Below, one piece after another: positions 44,344-58,821 of a stretch of DNA of 64,000 nucleotides. The first letter of the stretch is position 1, and every line of letters begins with the position of its first letter. The notes under the pieces were generated by a model. That model worked only from the letters and a program-made list of their open reading frames with translations, made no database searches and was not told the origin of the DNA. Origin of the DNA: the human T2T-CHM13v2.0 reference genome, Homo sapiens. Both the position numbers and the translations under genes were made by a program. The stretch lies in assembly GCF_009914755.1 (NCBI RefSeq), contig NC_060925.1; one strand, written 5' to 3'.

Positions 44344-44646
44344 GGCTGACCGTAGTGGCTCATGCCTGTAATCCCAGAACTTCGGGAGGCCGAGGCAGGC
44401 AGATCCCCTGAGGTCAGGAGTTTGAGACCAGCCTGGCCAACATGGCAAAACCCCTGTCTCTACTAAAAATACAAAAATTAGCCAGGCGTGGTGGTGAGTG
44501 TCTGTAATCCCAACTACTCAGGAAGGTAAGGCAGGAGAATCTTGTGGAGGTTGCAGTGAGCCAAGATCACAGCACTGCACTGCAGCCTTGGTTGATGACA
44601 GAGCAAGACTCCATAGCAAAAAATAATAAATAAATAAATAAATAAT
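44344..44646 (+). mobile_element. AluSx-type with a small right-arm deletion
   Basis: Alu dimer; ggagaat|cttgtggagg lacks the gaacccgggag core; flanks tttaaaatgtggct/tttaaaaggtggct. Confidence 0.96.
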
Positions 44647-46032
44647 TTTAAAAGGTGGCTGCTTATAAGATCAACATATAAAAGTTAATTCTTATAAACC
44701 TCCAGAATACATAAAGCACTCATATGAAACAATAAGGTAAGGCCAAATATCTATAAAATATAACTTACATGAAGACTTAAATTAATGAAGAGCTATACCA
44801 TATTCATAGAAAGACTATTATAAATACGTTAACTCTCTCCATATTGATCTATAAATTTAATACATTTCCAATTAAAGTTCCATTATAATGTTCTGAGAAA
44901 ACTGACTCCCTAATTCTAAACTATATATGGAAGAGTGAAGGTCAAATAATAACTAAGATGCTTTCAAAGTGGGAGAATATCCTCTATTAGTTATCAAAAC
45001 TCATTATAAAGTTTATTAATTAAGACAGTCTGGTATTGATGCAGGCACAGATGAATCAACCATAGGATTACAATAGAGAATTCTAAAAAAGACCTCCACA
45101 TATAGGAAAAATTGTTATCTCACTGAGAAGCCCCACAGATTATTTGAGAAAAGAGGATTTATTTATTAAATGGTTCTATGCCAATTGGATATCCAAAAAA
45201 CGAATATGTATATATTTATATATATATATCAGAAAAACTTTAAGATGTATAGATTTTACAGAAAAATATATGAGAATGGGGTTAAAATGACTTATTAAGA
45301 CACGCAAAAATGATAATATAAAACGAAAAAGTGATACCTTCAACTGTATTGAATTTGAAGACTTTTATTCATAAAGAAACCATAAAGACAGTGAAAAAAT
45401 AAGCCAAAAACTAGAAGAAGGTATTTGTAACACTTTTAAGTGACAAAGGATTGTGTACAGTATGTAAAAGTAACTATTACAAATTAATAAGAAAAGTCAA
45501 ATTACTCAAGAAAAATGGAAAATATGAATTGGCATTTCACAAAAAAATTACACACATATGGCAATTAAATATTTGAAAAGATGTTCAACATAGTAGTCTA
45601 GGAAATGAAAATTGGGATATGATTTTTATTCACCATATTAACAGAAAAATCATTTAAAAAATCATTAACAAAAAAATCATAATTAAGTTTTATTCACCAT
45701 ATTAACAAAAAAAACAAATGACATTTGTTGTTGAGGATGTGAAGGGAATGTAAATAAGTACAATAATTAGTTGGCATTGTTTTATAAAATTAAATATTTA
45801 CATACCCTATGACACAGAAGTTCCATTCCTGAAGATTTTTCTCCAGAGAAATGATACAAATGTGTATCAAGAGACATGCAAAAGAATTTTACAGCAACAT
45901 TGCTTGTAATAGCAAAATAAATAAATAGGTAAAATTCCATTATGGTGTTCTGAGAAAACTGACTCCATAATTCTAAAACGTATTTGAAAGAACAATGGTC
46001 AAATAATAACTAAGATGCTTTCAAAGTGGGAG

Positions 46033-46408
46033 GATAATGGAATACTATGCAGTCATAAAAAGAAACAAGATCATGTCTTTTGCAGGGACATGGATGAATT
46101 TGGAATCCAGTATCCTCAGCAAACTAATGCAGGAACATAAAACCAAACAGTGCATGTTCTCACTTACAAGTGGGAGCCAGATGATGAGAACACATGAACA
46201 CATGGGGGGAAACGACACACACTGGGGGCTGTCAGGGGTTGGGGAGGGAGAACATAGGAAGAATAGCTAATGGATGCTGGGCTTAATACCTAAGTGATGG
46301 GATGATCTGTGCAGAAAACCACCATGACACACATTTACCTATGTAACGAACATGCACAACTTGGACATGTACCCCTAAACTTAAAAGTTGAAGGACAAAG
46401 AAAAACAA
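46033..46408 (+). mobile_element. 5'-truncated L1PA12-like 3' end
   Basis: aggaagaatagctaatggatgctgggcttaatacc...gggatgatctgtgcag; TSD caaagtgggag (46022-46032, 46409-46419). Confidence 0.92.
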
Positions 46409-46568
46409 CAAAGTGGGAGTATATTCTCTATTTGTTATCATGACTAACATGATATTAATAACACATTATTATTATATAGGAAAATGATATTTGAATCATG
46501 GCATAGTTACACATTTAAATATTATAGAACAATAACTATAGCTACAGATTACTGCATAGATGTATCTT

Positions 46569-46861
<293 letters not shown>

Positions 46862-47980
46862 AGATGAATCTTAGTTGTAAAGTGAGTTTCCAATTATTAT
46901 ATTCAGTATTATAACAAAACTAATTTTGAAATATATAGTTTGAAGAATAAATACATGTGATAAAACTATGGGAAAAATGATAAATATAAAAATCAAAAGG
47001 GAGGTTGCCTATGAAAAGAAGACATGATAATAAGGAGAAGTGAAGAACACAGAAGTAGCTAGAGTATTAATAACATCTTACTTTTTACGTTTGGTAATTA
47101 GTTCTTAGGTGTTCATTTTATTATTTTACTTCATAGCTAGATTACAAATATCCTTATGTTCCACAGGTTATTGAGGCTCTTTTCATATTTTTGCAATCTT
47201 CTTTCCTCCCTGTAGTTATGACTGAATAATTTCTATTGACCTGCCTTCAAATTCAGTGACTCTTTCCTCTGTTCACTTCATTTTGCTAGGGAGACCATAC
47301 AGTGAGTTATTTACTTCAGTTCTTAAATCTTTCAGTTCTAACATTTCAATTTGAATCTTTTTTTATAATTTTCTATTTCTCTCCTGAAAGCTTCCATCTT
47401 TTCATTTATTTCAACAGTATTCATCTTTACCTTCTAGAGAATGGTTGTAATAACTGCTTTAAAGTCTAGGTGTGATAATTCCAACATCTAGGTTATCTCA
47501 GGGTTGATACCTATTGATTTTATTTTCCCCTAAGGGGTAGGTATATTTTCCTGGTCCTTTGTATATAAAGTAATTTTGGATTACACCCTGAACATTTTGA
47601 ATATTTTGTTGTAAGATCCTATATTTTCTAACAAATGTTGACTTGTTATTGTTGCCTTAGCAATTAAATCAGTTAGGTTCAGATCACACATTTTATCCCA
47701 CTTGCTGTGGATTAGTTCCAACATAAGTTCAGTTTTCAGACTTTGTTTTACTTTATTTAGGTTTGTTCCATACACATCCATTTTGAGGGTAAGTTAGGGA
47801 CTGTGTTAGTTCATACACAGACTTAGGGTTCCCTTCCAAGAACTCTTCCTCCAAGATTCCATCATACTTTTTGGTTCTCATGGGAACTAGAGAACTCCTT
47901 TTCTGAGTTCTTTGGCTAGAAATTCAGGATTCCTTTCAGTATTTTATCCCCCTATGTTGACAAACAATTATGTAATAACG

Positions 47981-49570
<1,590 letters not shown>

Positions 49571-50588
49571 ATGGGGAAAAAACAGAACAGAAAAACTGGA
49601 AACTCTAAAAATCAAAGCACCTCTCCTCCTCCAAAGGAACACAGCTCCTCACCAGCAACAGAACAAAGCTGGACGGAGAATGACTTTGATGAGCTAAGAG
49701 AAGAAGTCTTCAGATGATCAAATTACTCTGAGCTACGGGAGGACATTCAAACCAAAGGCAAAGAAGTTGAAAACTTTGAAAAAAATTTAGAAGAATGTAT
49801 AACTAGAATAACCAATACAGAGAAGTGCTTGAAGGAGCTGATGGAGCTGAAAACCAAGGCTCGAGAACTACGTGAAGAATGCAGAAGACTCAGGAGCCGA
49901 TGTGATCAACTGGAAGAAAGGGTATCAGCAATGGAAGATGAAATGAATGAAATGAAGTGAGAAGGAAAGTTTAGAGAAAAAAAGAATAAAAAGAAATGAG
50001 CAAAGCCTCCAAGAAATATGGGACTATGTGAAAAGACCAAATCTACGTCTGATTGGTGTACCTGAAAGTGATGGGGAGAATGGAACCAAGTTGGAAAACA
50101 CTCTGCAGGATATTATCCAAGAGAATTTCCCCAATCTAGCAAGGCAGGCCAACGTTCAGATTCAGGAAATACAGAGAACGCCACAAAGATACTCCTCGAG
50201 AAGAGCAACTCCAACACACATAATAGTCAGATTCATCAAAGTTGAAATGAAGGAAAAAATGTTAAGGGCAGCCAGAGAGAAAGGTCGGGTTACCCTCAAA
50301 GGGAAGCCCATCAGACTAACAGCGGATTTCTTGGCAGAAACCCTACAAGCCAGAAGAGAGTGGGGGCCAATATTCAACATTCTTAAAGAAAAGAATTTTC
50401 AACCCAGAATTTCATATCCAGCCAAACTAAGCTTCATAAGTGAAGGAGAAATAAAATACTTTACAGACAAGCAAATGCTCAGAGATTTTGTCACCACCAG
50501 GCCTGCCCTAAAAGAGCTCCTGAAGGAAGCGCTAAACATGGAAAGGAACAACCGGTACCAGCTGCTGCAAAATCGTGCCAAAATGTAA
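49571..50588 (+). pseudogene. L1 ORF1p, inactivated
   Basis: MGKKQNRKTG start; TGA at codon 49 (49715, CGA>TGA), second TGA near 49958, +1 A near 49977-49983; C-terminal half is open (ORF 50028-50588). Confidence 0.92.
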
Positions 50589-50651
50589 AGACCATCGAGA
50601 CTAGGAAGAAACTGCATCAACTAACGAGCAAAATAACCAGCTAACATCATC

Positions 50652-51634
50652 ATGACAGGATCAAATTCACACATAACAATATTAACTTTAAATGTAAATG
50701 GACTAAATGCTCCACTTAAAAGACACAGACTGGCAAATTGGATAAAGAGTCAAGACCCATCAGTGTGCTGTATTCAGGAAACCCATCTCAAGTGTAGAGA
50801 CACACATAGGCTCAAAATAAAAGGATGGAGGAAGATCTACCAAGCAAATGGAAAACAAAAAAAGGCAGGGGTTACAATCCTAGTCTCTGATAAAACAGAC
50901 TTTAAACCAACAAAGATCAAAAGAGACAAAGAAGGCCATTACATAATGGTAAAGGGATCCATTCATCAAGAAGAGCTAACTATCCTAAATATATATGCAC
51001 CCAATACAGGAGCACCTAGATTCATAAAGCAAGTCCTGAGTGACCTACAAAGAGACTTAGACTCCCACACATTAATAATGGGAGACTTTAACACCCCACT
51101 ATCAACATTAGACAGATCAACGAGACAGAAAGGATACCCAGGAATTGAACTCAGCTCTGCACCAAGTGGACCTAATAGACATCTACAGAACTCTCCACCC
51201 CAAATCAACAGAATATACATTTTTTTCAGCACCACACCACACCTATTCCAAAATTGACCACATACTGGAAGTCAGTGTGGTGATTCCTCAGGGATCTAGA
51301 ACTAGAAATACCATTTGACCCAGCCATCCCATTACTGGGTATATACCCAAAGAGCTATAAATCATGCTGCTATAAAGACACATGCACACGTATGTTTATT
51401 GCGGCATTATTCACAATAGCAAAGACTTGGAACCAACCCAAATGTCCAACAATGATAGACTGGATTGAGAAAATGTGGCACATATACACCATGGAATACT
51501 ATGCAGCCATAAAAAATGATGAGTTCATGTCCTTTGTAGGGACATGGATGAAATTGGAAACCATCATTCTCAGTAAACTATCGCAAGAACAAAAAACCAA
51601 ACACCACATATTCTCACTCATAGGTGGGAATTGA
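50652..51634 (+). pseudogene. L1 ORF2p remnant: endonuclease fused out of frame to the C-terminus; RT deleted
   Basis: MTGSNSHITILTLNVNGLN...GDFNTPL (EN); 8-nt deletion near 51130 shifts the frame; C-terminus ...FSLIGGN in ORF 51392-51634. Confidence 0.92.
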
Positions 51635-51870
51635 ACAATGAGATCACATGGACACAGGAAGGGGAACATCACACTCTGGGGACTGTTGGGGGGTGGGGGG
51701 AGTGGGGAGGGATAGCATTGGGAGATACACCTAATGCTAGATGACGAGTTAGTGGGTGCAGCACACCAGCATGGCACATGTATATGTATGTAACTAACCT
51801 GCACAATGTACACATGTACCCTAAAACTTAAAGTATAATAATAAAAAAAAAAAAGAAAACCACTTCAAAA

Positions 51871-51901
<31 letters not shown>

Positions 51902-52449
51902 AAATAAAATGCAAAAAAAAAAAAAAGAAAAAAGAAAAAAAAGAAAAAGAAAAAGAAAACAAAAGAAAGAGGATGGAGAAACAGGGATTTCCCCTACATT
52001 CTTCAGGCTGGAGGAGTCTTTTACTCAGTTAATTAGGCCAGAGAAACAGGCTATCTCCTTGGAACTTAGAGGCCCACACCACAATCCCCCAACTGCCATG
52101 CAGCTTCCCAAATGGGGCTGGAGCTAGGGAAATGCCAGGAAAAAAAAAGGAATGAAAAAAAGAAAAACAAATGAACAACAGGGATTTCTTCCCATACTCT
52201 CCAGCTCATGGAAAGTCCCTATGCCCAGTCCTTTGGCTAGAAAGTGGGAGATCCCTTTCAGAGATTTTCCAACACTTAGCACATTTTAATTATTTCATTT
52301 TTATTTAGAATGACTTAGTTCTGTCCTACTTCCTGCATAATGAGCCTCATGCAAGCATGTGTGTGTGTTATGTCACAATTGTGTCATCCCACACAGTTGG
52401 TAGTCAAGATATATTTGCTGACAGATTGCATAGTATCTGACACTTAGTT

Positions 52450-52918
52450 GCTATACAAAGTGCTATCTGGGCTCTGCCGATAACCCCTTGCCTTTATTTT
52501 AGTGCACACTAACCTGACCTCCAATTGCAAGCTTGTGAATTTCTCTGCCTGAGGTCTTTCTCAGGCAACTGAAGCATGCTTTGTCTGCATCTGCAGCAGG
52601 TTAGTGCCAGAAAGTTAACATCTGCTGAAAAAAAGACCTCAACCGATGACTAAAGGAGTTGGTTTATAAATACCCCAGCCCATTTCCCCTCAGGTAAGTT
52701 AATTCTGTGCACTGGTTTTCAGAATTTTTCCAACAGCGTTTAGTTCCAGTTGTCCACAGTAGTAGTAGGTTTGAAAATGCACAATTTGTTGGCTATTTCC
52801 CTTCTTTGACTCACTTTACCAATTCTATTTTGGTATTTCCTTATCCTCTTAAATAAACTACTTTTACCTAAATCCTTGCTTTTAGGGGTCTACTTCTGAG
52901 GTCACCCAAAATAAGGTA
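52450..52918 (+). mobile_element. LTR16C-type ERVL LTR
   Basis: ctcaaccgatga...tataaataccccagcc...ccagttgtccacag...aaataaactac...aaatccttg. Confidence 0.75.
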
Positions 52919-52974
52919 TCTACATACTCTACATACCTAGGAATGGGGGTTTTATTAAGATCTTTTCTTGTAGC

Positions 52975-53240
52975 TGGTAGATGGACAGAGCACTGGACTT
53001 CAAGTCAGGAGGTCCTAGTTTATCCATTTGTCAGCTAGGTAACCTTGAACAAATTCCTCAATTTTTCTGAGGCGCAGATTTCCTCATTTGAAATGTAGAG
53101 TTAATAAAATCTACCTCATAATGTTCTTGCGAGGATTAAATAAAATAACGTAATATATGAGAAAATAACGTAATATATGAGAAAATACCTATTCTGGAAG
53201 CCGGCACATAGTGCATCCGTGTATGCTAGTTCAGTGTAAG
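52975..53240 (+). mobile_element. MIR with a perfect 20-bp tandem duplication (53142-53187)
   Basis: gagcactggact...ccttgaacaaat...ttcctcattt...gaggattaaat; (aaaataacgtaatatatgag)x2. Confidence 0.8.
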
Positions 53241-53709
53241 TATAAAGAATTCTTTCTTGTGCTGTGAACTATCATGCCTATTTTATTTTCTTCCCGATGG
53301 GAAGTGGGGGTTGTATTCACATGTTGTGTCAACATCAGGAATTGCTAATGGTGGGGAAATGTTGGAGAGATTGTATTGTTTCATCTTGAGGAGCATGCTT
53401 CTAATTAGCAAGAGAGCCTGTTTTATTTCAACATAAATGGGCAATGGCTAAGCAGATGGTCCCACTATTCCTGAGTCCCAGTGTGCTCCAGAGGAAATGT
53501 ACAACAAACACTTCAGAGTGAGTGCATTGTTTTTTAATTTATATGAAGCTCTCTTTTATTTGAAAATTGTTTCATGAAGTTTTCATTACTTCACAGACTT
53601 TTGGACCTTAAAGAGACCCTAGTGATCAGTAGGAATAACTCCCTATTGTTTTATAGTTAAGGAATCAGAGGCTCTATTGCCTCCCCTCCCCAAAAGCATT
53701 TCAGGAACA

Positions 53710-54010
53710 ATGACAACTATCTTCAACTATTTAAAAGATTAATAAATAAGAGATCAATAAGTCTTATGAAACTGACTTCAGAAATTAATGGAGATGGGTC
53801 ATTTTGAATTCCACTTGAGGGGGAAGATTTTATCAACTAGAGCTGTCCAACAACCAAGGAGATAGCTGGATGTGAAAAGTCTGCCATCACTGGATGTATG
53901 TAAGAGGACACTGAACCTGTGGGGCATTCTAGAAGGGATTCCTGCTCTGTGGGAGGGAAACTTAACTAGGCACCAGAGTCCCTTGCGAGTTTATAATTTG
54001 ACAGTTCTGG
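53710..54010 (+). mobile_element. L3/CR1 3' fragment
   Basis: actatcttcaactatttaaa...agagctgtccaacaa...ccatcactggatgtat...agaagggattcctgc. Confidence 0.65.
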
Positions 54011-54308
54011 GTTTCTTATAGCAAATACCTTGCACAGTACAGAATGCATAATATATGCACAGCAAAAACATGACGATTATTACCAAACATTCTGTGCCCA
54101 CTAAAGTTGCCATAGAGATAATTAATTCTCTTCTTACTTCTATGAGTGTCTTCTTTCTTCATATTGACACTCCATTCATTTTATTTCTCCCTGCCTGCAG
54201 TAGCCCAGGGGATGTAACAGCCCTGTTTCCAAGCATGCGGGAACCCCCAGTGTTTGACACAAGGGGGGCTTCTAGGAGGCCAGGCTTGGCAATGGGGAAG
54301 AATATGGC

Positions 54309-54785
54309 TGTAGAAGCCATGGAGGGGCACGGCTTGGACCATCCTTCAAGAAACAACTTGCCGTAGGTGCAAGGAGTACAGTGAGCTGACTCCTCCAGAT
54401 ACTAGCTCCTTTAGGACTCATCTCGGCTTTCTTGCCGAGGTCTCAGAAGTCCCAGATAGCCCCTTGCTAATGGCTGAGCATGGTAAAAATGCCAAGTGGC
54501 CATTTCAGCATGAATTAGGACTCCTCTTTCAGCTTATCTTTGCTCTGTGGCTGACTGTTGCATCAGTGCTCTTATCAAACCTGCATCATGATCTGAGGTT
54601 TCTTCAACCCAATCTTGACTCTCATCTGTCTTTCCCAGGTATTGGATCTACATCATGGTCTGCAGGTGTTCCCTGCCCCATCCTGCTTCTTTTCCTGTTG
54701 CCTTTCATAGTACCTTCAGCAGAGCCCTTATATAGTACCCCTAACTCCATCTCAACCTCTGCTGTCAGAAGGACCAGTTGACTCC
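54309..54785 (+). mobile_element. LTR16B-type ERVL LTR
   Basis: ccttcaagaaacaacttgcc...ccctgccccatcctgcttc...ctaactccatctcaacctctgct. Confidence 0.55.
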
Positions 54786-55249
54786 ATGGCCGACCTGGCA
54801 GTTGTGGAGCCCATGATAAAGGGAACAGAAGACCACATCCCAAAAGTAGGAGAATCTGAATCATCAGCATGATTGAGAAAACAAGAAAGGGAATTGAAGA
54901 ACAGGAAGTACAAGGAAAAGTCAGAAGGCAAGAGCGTGGGGTTTGGAGGCAGGTTCCTTGAAGAAAATATTCTAGAATGGGGAATCATTTCCATAAAGAC
55001 TCCCAGCCACACACTAGGGCCAATGTTCCTCAGACAGAAGACACTTAATGTTTTATCTAATGGGGACCAGGAAAAGGGAGAGAAACTGCCTATGCTCTGT
55101 CCATTGACACTGGCTGTTGCATTGCACAATATAGCAGCATCAGCAACAGGATTTACAAACGTGGAAGTGCCAGCTTTTTCGGGGCAGATAATAATAACAC
55201 CTAATATTTTATTGCATGAATGGTATGCATCAGGTCCTATTTACTGCTG

Positions 55250-55678
55250 TTAGTTCATTTATCATTTAACAGTTTCTGAGGGTCAGAAATCTGAGAGTAG
55301 CTTGCTGGACTGGGTTTTTCATGAGGTTGTAGCCAGGGCTACAGTCATTTTAAAGCTTACCTCAGGATGGAGGAACAAAATCCAAGTCACATGTGGTTTT
55401 TGGCAGGCCTCAGTTTCTCACCATGTGGGCCTCTCCATGGGGATGCTTGACATAGCAGCCGGCTTCCCACAAAGTGAGTAACCCAAGACAGAGACAGCAC
55501 TCAAGGCAGAAGCCACAATGTTTCCTAACTTCCTTCATCTCAGAAGTGGAATTCCCTTATTTACAGCATATCCTATTGTCAGAGACAAACCCTGGTACAG
55601 TATGGGAGAGCACTACACCAGGGTGAGAATACCAGGAGGGCAGGATCTATGAGACCATCTTGCAGGCTGGCTACCAGA
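55250..55678 (-). mobile_element. MLT1F-type LTR inserted in a MIR
   Basis: cagtttctgagggtcagaaatctg...gtgggcctctccat...aataccaggagggcaggat...ccatcttgcaggctggctacca. Confidence 0.8.
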
Positions 55679-56284
55679 ACCTTTAAAGGAACAATATGAA
55701 GTAGGTGTTTTACCACGGAGGAAAGTGAGGCTCAGAGAAACTGCAATACCAGTGGAAAGTCCAGGTTTGAACTGAGAGTCTATGTTCCTAACCACTATGC
55801 TATACTGCCTCTCCAAACAGAGGAGTAGAAGATAGGGAAGAAAGAAGATGAATACGGTTGAACTTGATCATTGTGGGTAGTTAAGCAAGGAATGTCATAA
55901 ACAATGATAATTTGTATAGACATGTACAGCTTAACAGAACAATTCCTCATTATCAAGGGTAATCTTTACATCAAACCTATAAAGAAGGAATTATTTCCCC
56001 ATTTTCCAGATGACAAAAACTCAGAAAGACTAAGTGCCTCCCCATAGTTACACAATTAATCAATTAATACACAGTGGAGTTCAACTCAGATCTTCATTTC
56101 TAAGTACAGGATTCTACACTGTATATCAGCTATTCTTTCCACTAAAAAACCAAGGACAAATTGGTGTTTTCAATTCTCTAGCAATAGAAAATAAGGTAAC
56201 AAAATTGGGGAGGAGCACCAAGAAATTTGTTAGCTACATGTGAAGTAGAGAAAGCCTGCTCTGAAGAATGGAATTGGTTGGAAT

Positions 56285-57385
56285 TTTTTCAGTGTTTCTT
56301 AAATATAATATACATACAGAAAAGCATACATATCACAAGCATTTGCCTTATTGAACTTTTATAAATGAACAAGCCAAATGAAGAAATAGACATTACCATT
56401 CACTCCAGAATCTCTTTCATTCCCATTTTTTGTTACTACCCCCTACTCAGTAAACACTATGGTGACTTATAAAACCATAGATTAGTTTCCATGTTTTCGA
56501 AGTTTATATAAATTGAATCATACAAAAAAGTATATGATTCCATTTATATAAACAGCTTCTTTGACTTAATGTTATATCCATGAAATTTATCCATACTGTT
56601 GTGTACACTTGTATTTTTTCATTCTCAGTGTTGTATAGTATTCCACTGTGTGAAGGTACAATTTATTTATCCACTGTACAAAGGGTTAGGAAACTACAAT
56701 TCATGGGCCAAATTTGGCCCGGCTCTTATTTCTGTACAGCCTGAAAGCTAAGAATGTTTTCTACATTTTTAAATGTTTTAAAAAATCAAAAGAGTGATAT
56801 TTCATGGCACATGATAATTATATGAAATTTAAATTTCAGTGTCTATAAATAACTTTATGGAACATATCATGCTTACTCATTCTCATATTATCTGTGGTTG
56901 CTTTCACGTTACAATGGTAGAGTGAAGTAGTTACAACAGAGACCATCTGTAGTACTATTGCTTTGCACTGTTGCTTGGGGCACCAGAAATATTAATGATG
57001 CACTTATAATTCAGTTTTGCCTCTTGGACTGAAAATTTACCATCTGGCTCTTTACAGAAAATGTTTGCTGATACCTGCCTTATATTATTGATGGGCATTA
57101 GGGCAATTTCTAGTTATATGCTATTATGAATAGTGCTGCTTTGAACATTCTATTTCATGTTTTTGGTGAACTTACATAAGCAGTTATTTTGGGTGCATAT
57201 CTAGGAGTGGAATTGCTAAGTACTAGGATACGTTCAGCTTAGTCGGTACTGCCAAAGTGAGTTGTACCAATTTCACATTCTAACCAGCAATGTATGAGAA
57301 CTTTACTTGCTCCATATTCTCACCAATGGTATGTATTTTATGTTTATTTCATTTAATCATCTGGTGAATGTGTAGTGGTAATGCA
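56285..57385 (-). mobile_element. L1MC/ME 3' region
   Basis: catacagaaaag...tgatgggcatt...atgaatagtgctgct...ctaggagtggaattgct...accagcaatgtatgaga. Confidence 0.85.
56679..57077. mobile_element. MER58B/Cheshire-type hAT element
   Basis: caaagggttaggaaactac..tgggccaaatttggccc...gctaagaatg...tctggctctttacagaaaatgtttgctgatacctg. Confidence 0.85.
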
Positions 57386-58604
57386 AGAATGGTTTTGTAA
57401 TGATAATTACAACAACTTTTTTTCTAGGCTCTGATAATAGTCTCACTTACATTACGGCTTTATAGACAAGTCTATTTGATAGCCATGAAAATAGTAGTCA
57501 GCAGAGTTAAGGAATTTTTAGGTCACACAGCTATTAAGTAGCAGGACAAGGATTTGATTGGCTTTATAGCCTATGTCCTTTCTATTACACTAAACTGCCT
57601 CTCCATATGACAATTTAAAGAAACATTACACCCTTGGAAAGTATCAGCAATAGTAGTGTGTTTAGCATTCAAACGTTTGTTAGAAAAAAAGAGAGTGGTG
57701 GTTTATGAAAAGTAGGTACAGGGCGAGCATACCTTCATTTCTGCTACTTTCTGCTGCAGTGGTTAACTGTGTGCCTTCTGCCTCCCCTCAGTCCTCTGGC
57801 TGGTTATGTTTATTACATGTTCTGACAGTTGAGGCCTGTGGTGAAAAATGATAACAGATTTGTATTCTCAAGATCATCTCCAGATGCTGACTAGAAGCAC
57901 CTCTGGATTCATGATATATTTATCTTTAGTATTTCTTGAAGATGAATGATTGAAAAAAAAGTTCTAGGAGCACTTCAGCATAAATCACAGAGAATTCCTT
58001 TCTGTGGCAATATGGAATGTGTTTCTCTATTTCTTTAAGAAGAATAATGTGTGTATTAATAACTTGGTTGGAATGGGGACTGGGCCAAGATGAGATGATC
58101 ACGCAAATCATTATTGATGGTTTCTCGTAGCCAAGCAATCTGTTCCCTCAAACCTGGAGTTTGTCATCTGTAGGGGAATAACTGCTGAAAGGCCACATCT
58201 GAGTCACTTGCATGAGTCCTCTCCTCTCCATTCATCCCAACTGCTACTTTTCCCAACCAGTTTTAAAGTATTTTTTTTAGTCTAAATTGCAAAACTCTCA
58301 CATCAGTTTTAACTTCCTCTCCTATTCAAATTGATCCTATTCTCCTATTCTCTCCTATTCAAATTGACCCTAGAATTGTCCTGTTGATCTGTTTATGCTG
58401 TTGCCTTGATCAAATACTTCCAGAGACTCTTTATTGCCTATATCAGTGCTGTACAATCATTTTTGATTCTACACTACTACCTGTGAAAATTACATCTATG
58501 AATTTACATAAAAATTATAATGTATATATGAGGCATTTATGAATTTGTATTTTTATATAAAAATATGAAAATGTACAGTTTTTAAAGGATGAGGTAGCAT
58601 ATAT

Positions 58605-58821
58605 CAAGGGTCAGCAAACTTTGTCTTAAAAAAATAACAGATAGTACAGATTTTAGGCTTTTGTGGGCGATAAGGCTCTATCATATCTTCTCAACTCTGC
58701 CATTATAGTGCAAAAGCAGCCATAGACACTATGCAAACAAATGGGTATGAATGTGCTCTAATAAAACTTTATTAATAAAATGACCAAATTTGGTCCTCAG
58801 TCCATATTTTGTGGATACCTG
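58605..58821. mobile_element. MER58A (hAT-Charlie)
   Basis: caagggtcagcaaact...ttttaggcttt...tcaactctgccattatagtgcaaaagcagccataga...ataaaactttatt; flanks gcatatat/atatatat. Confidence 0.88.

Noticed and set aside
50028-51257. 186-aa and 201-aa ORFs as functional genes
   Set aside because: They are fragments of L1 ORF1/ORF2 with upstream stops and a frameshifted EN C-terminus
51260-51280. L1 internal deletion as a spliced retrocopy
   Set aside because: A GT-AG splice (GGAA|GTAAAG ... GGAAG|TCAG) would give ...GGAATCAG, but the sequence reads GGAAGTCAG; the 7-bp microhomology explains it
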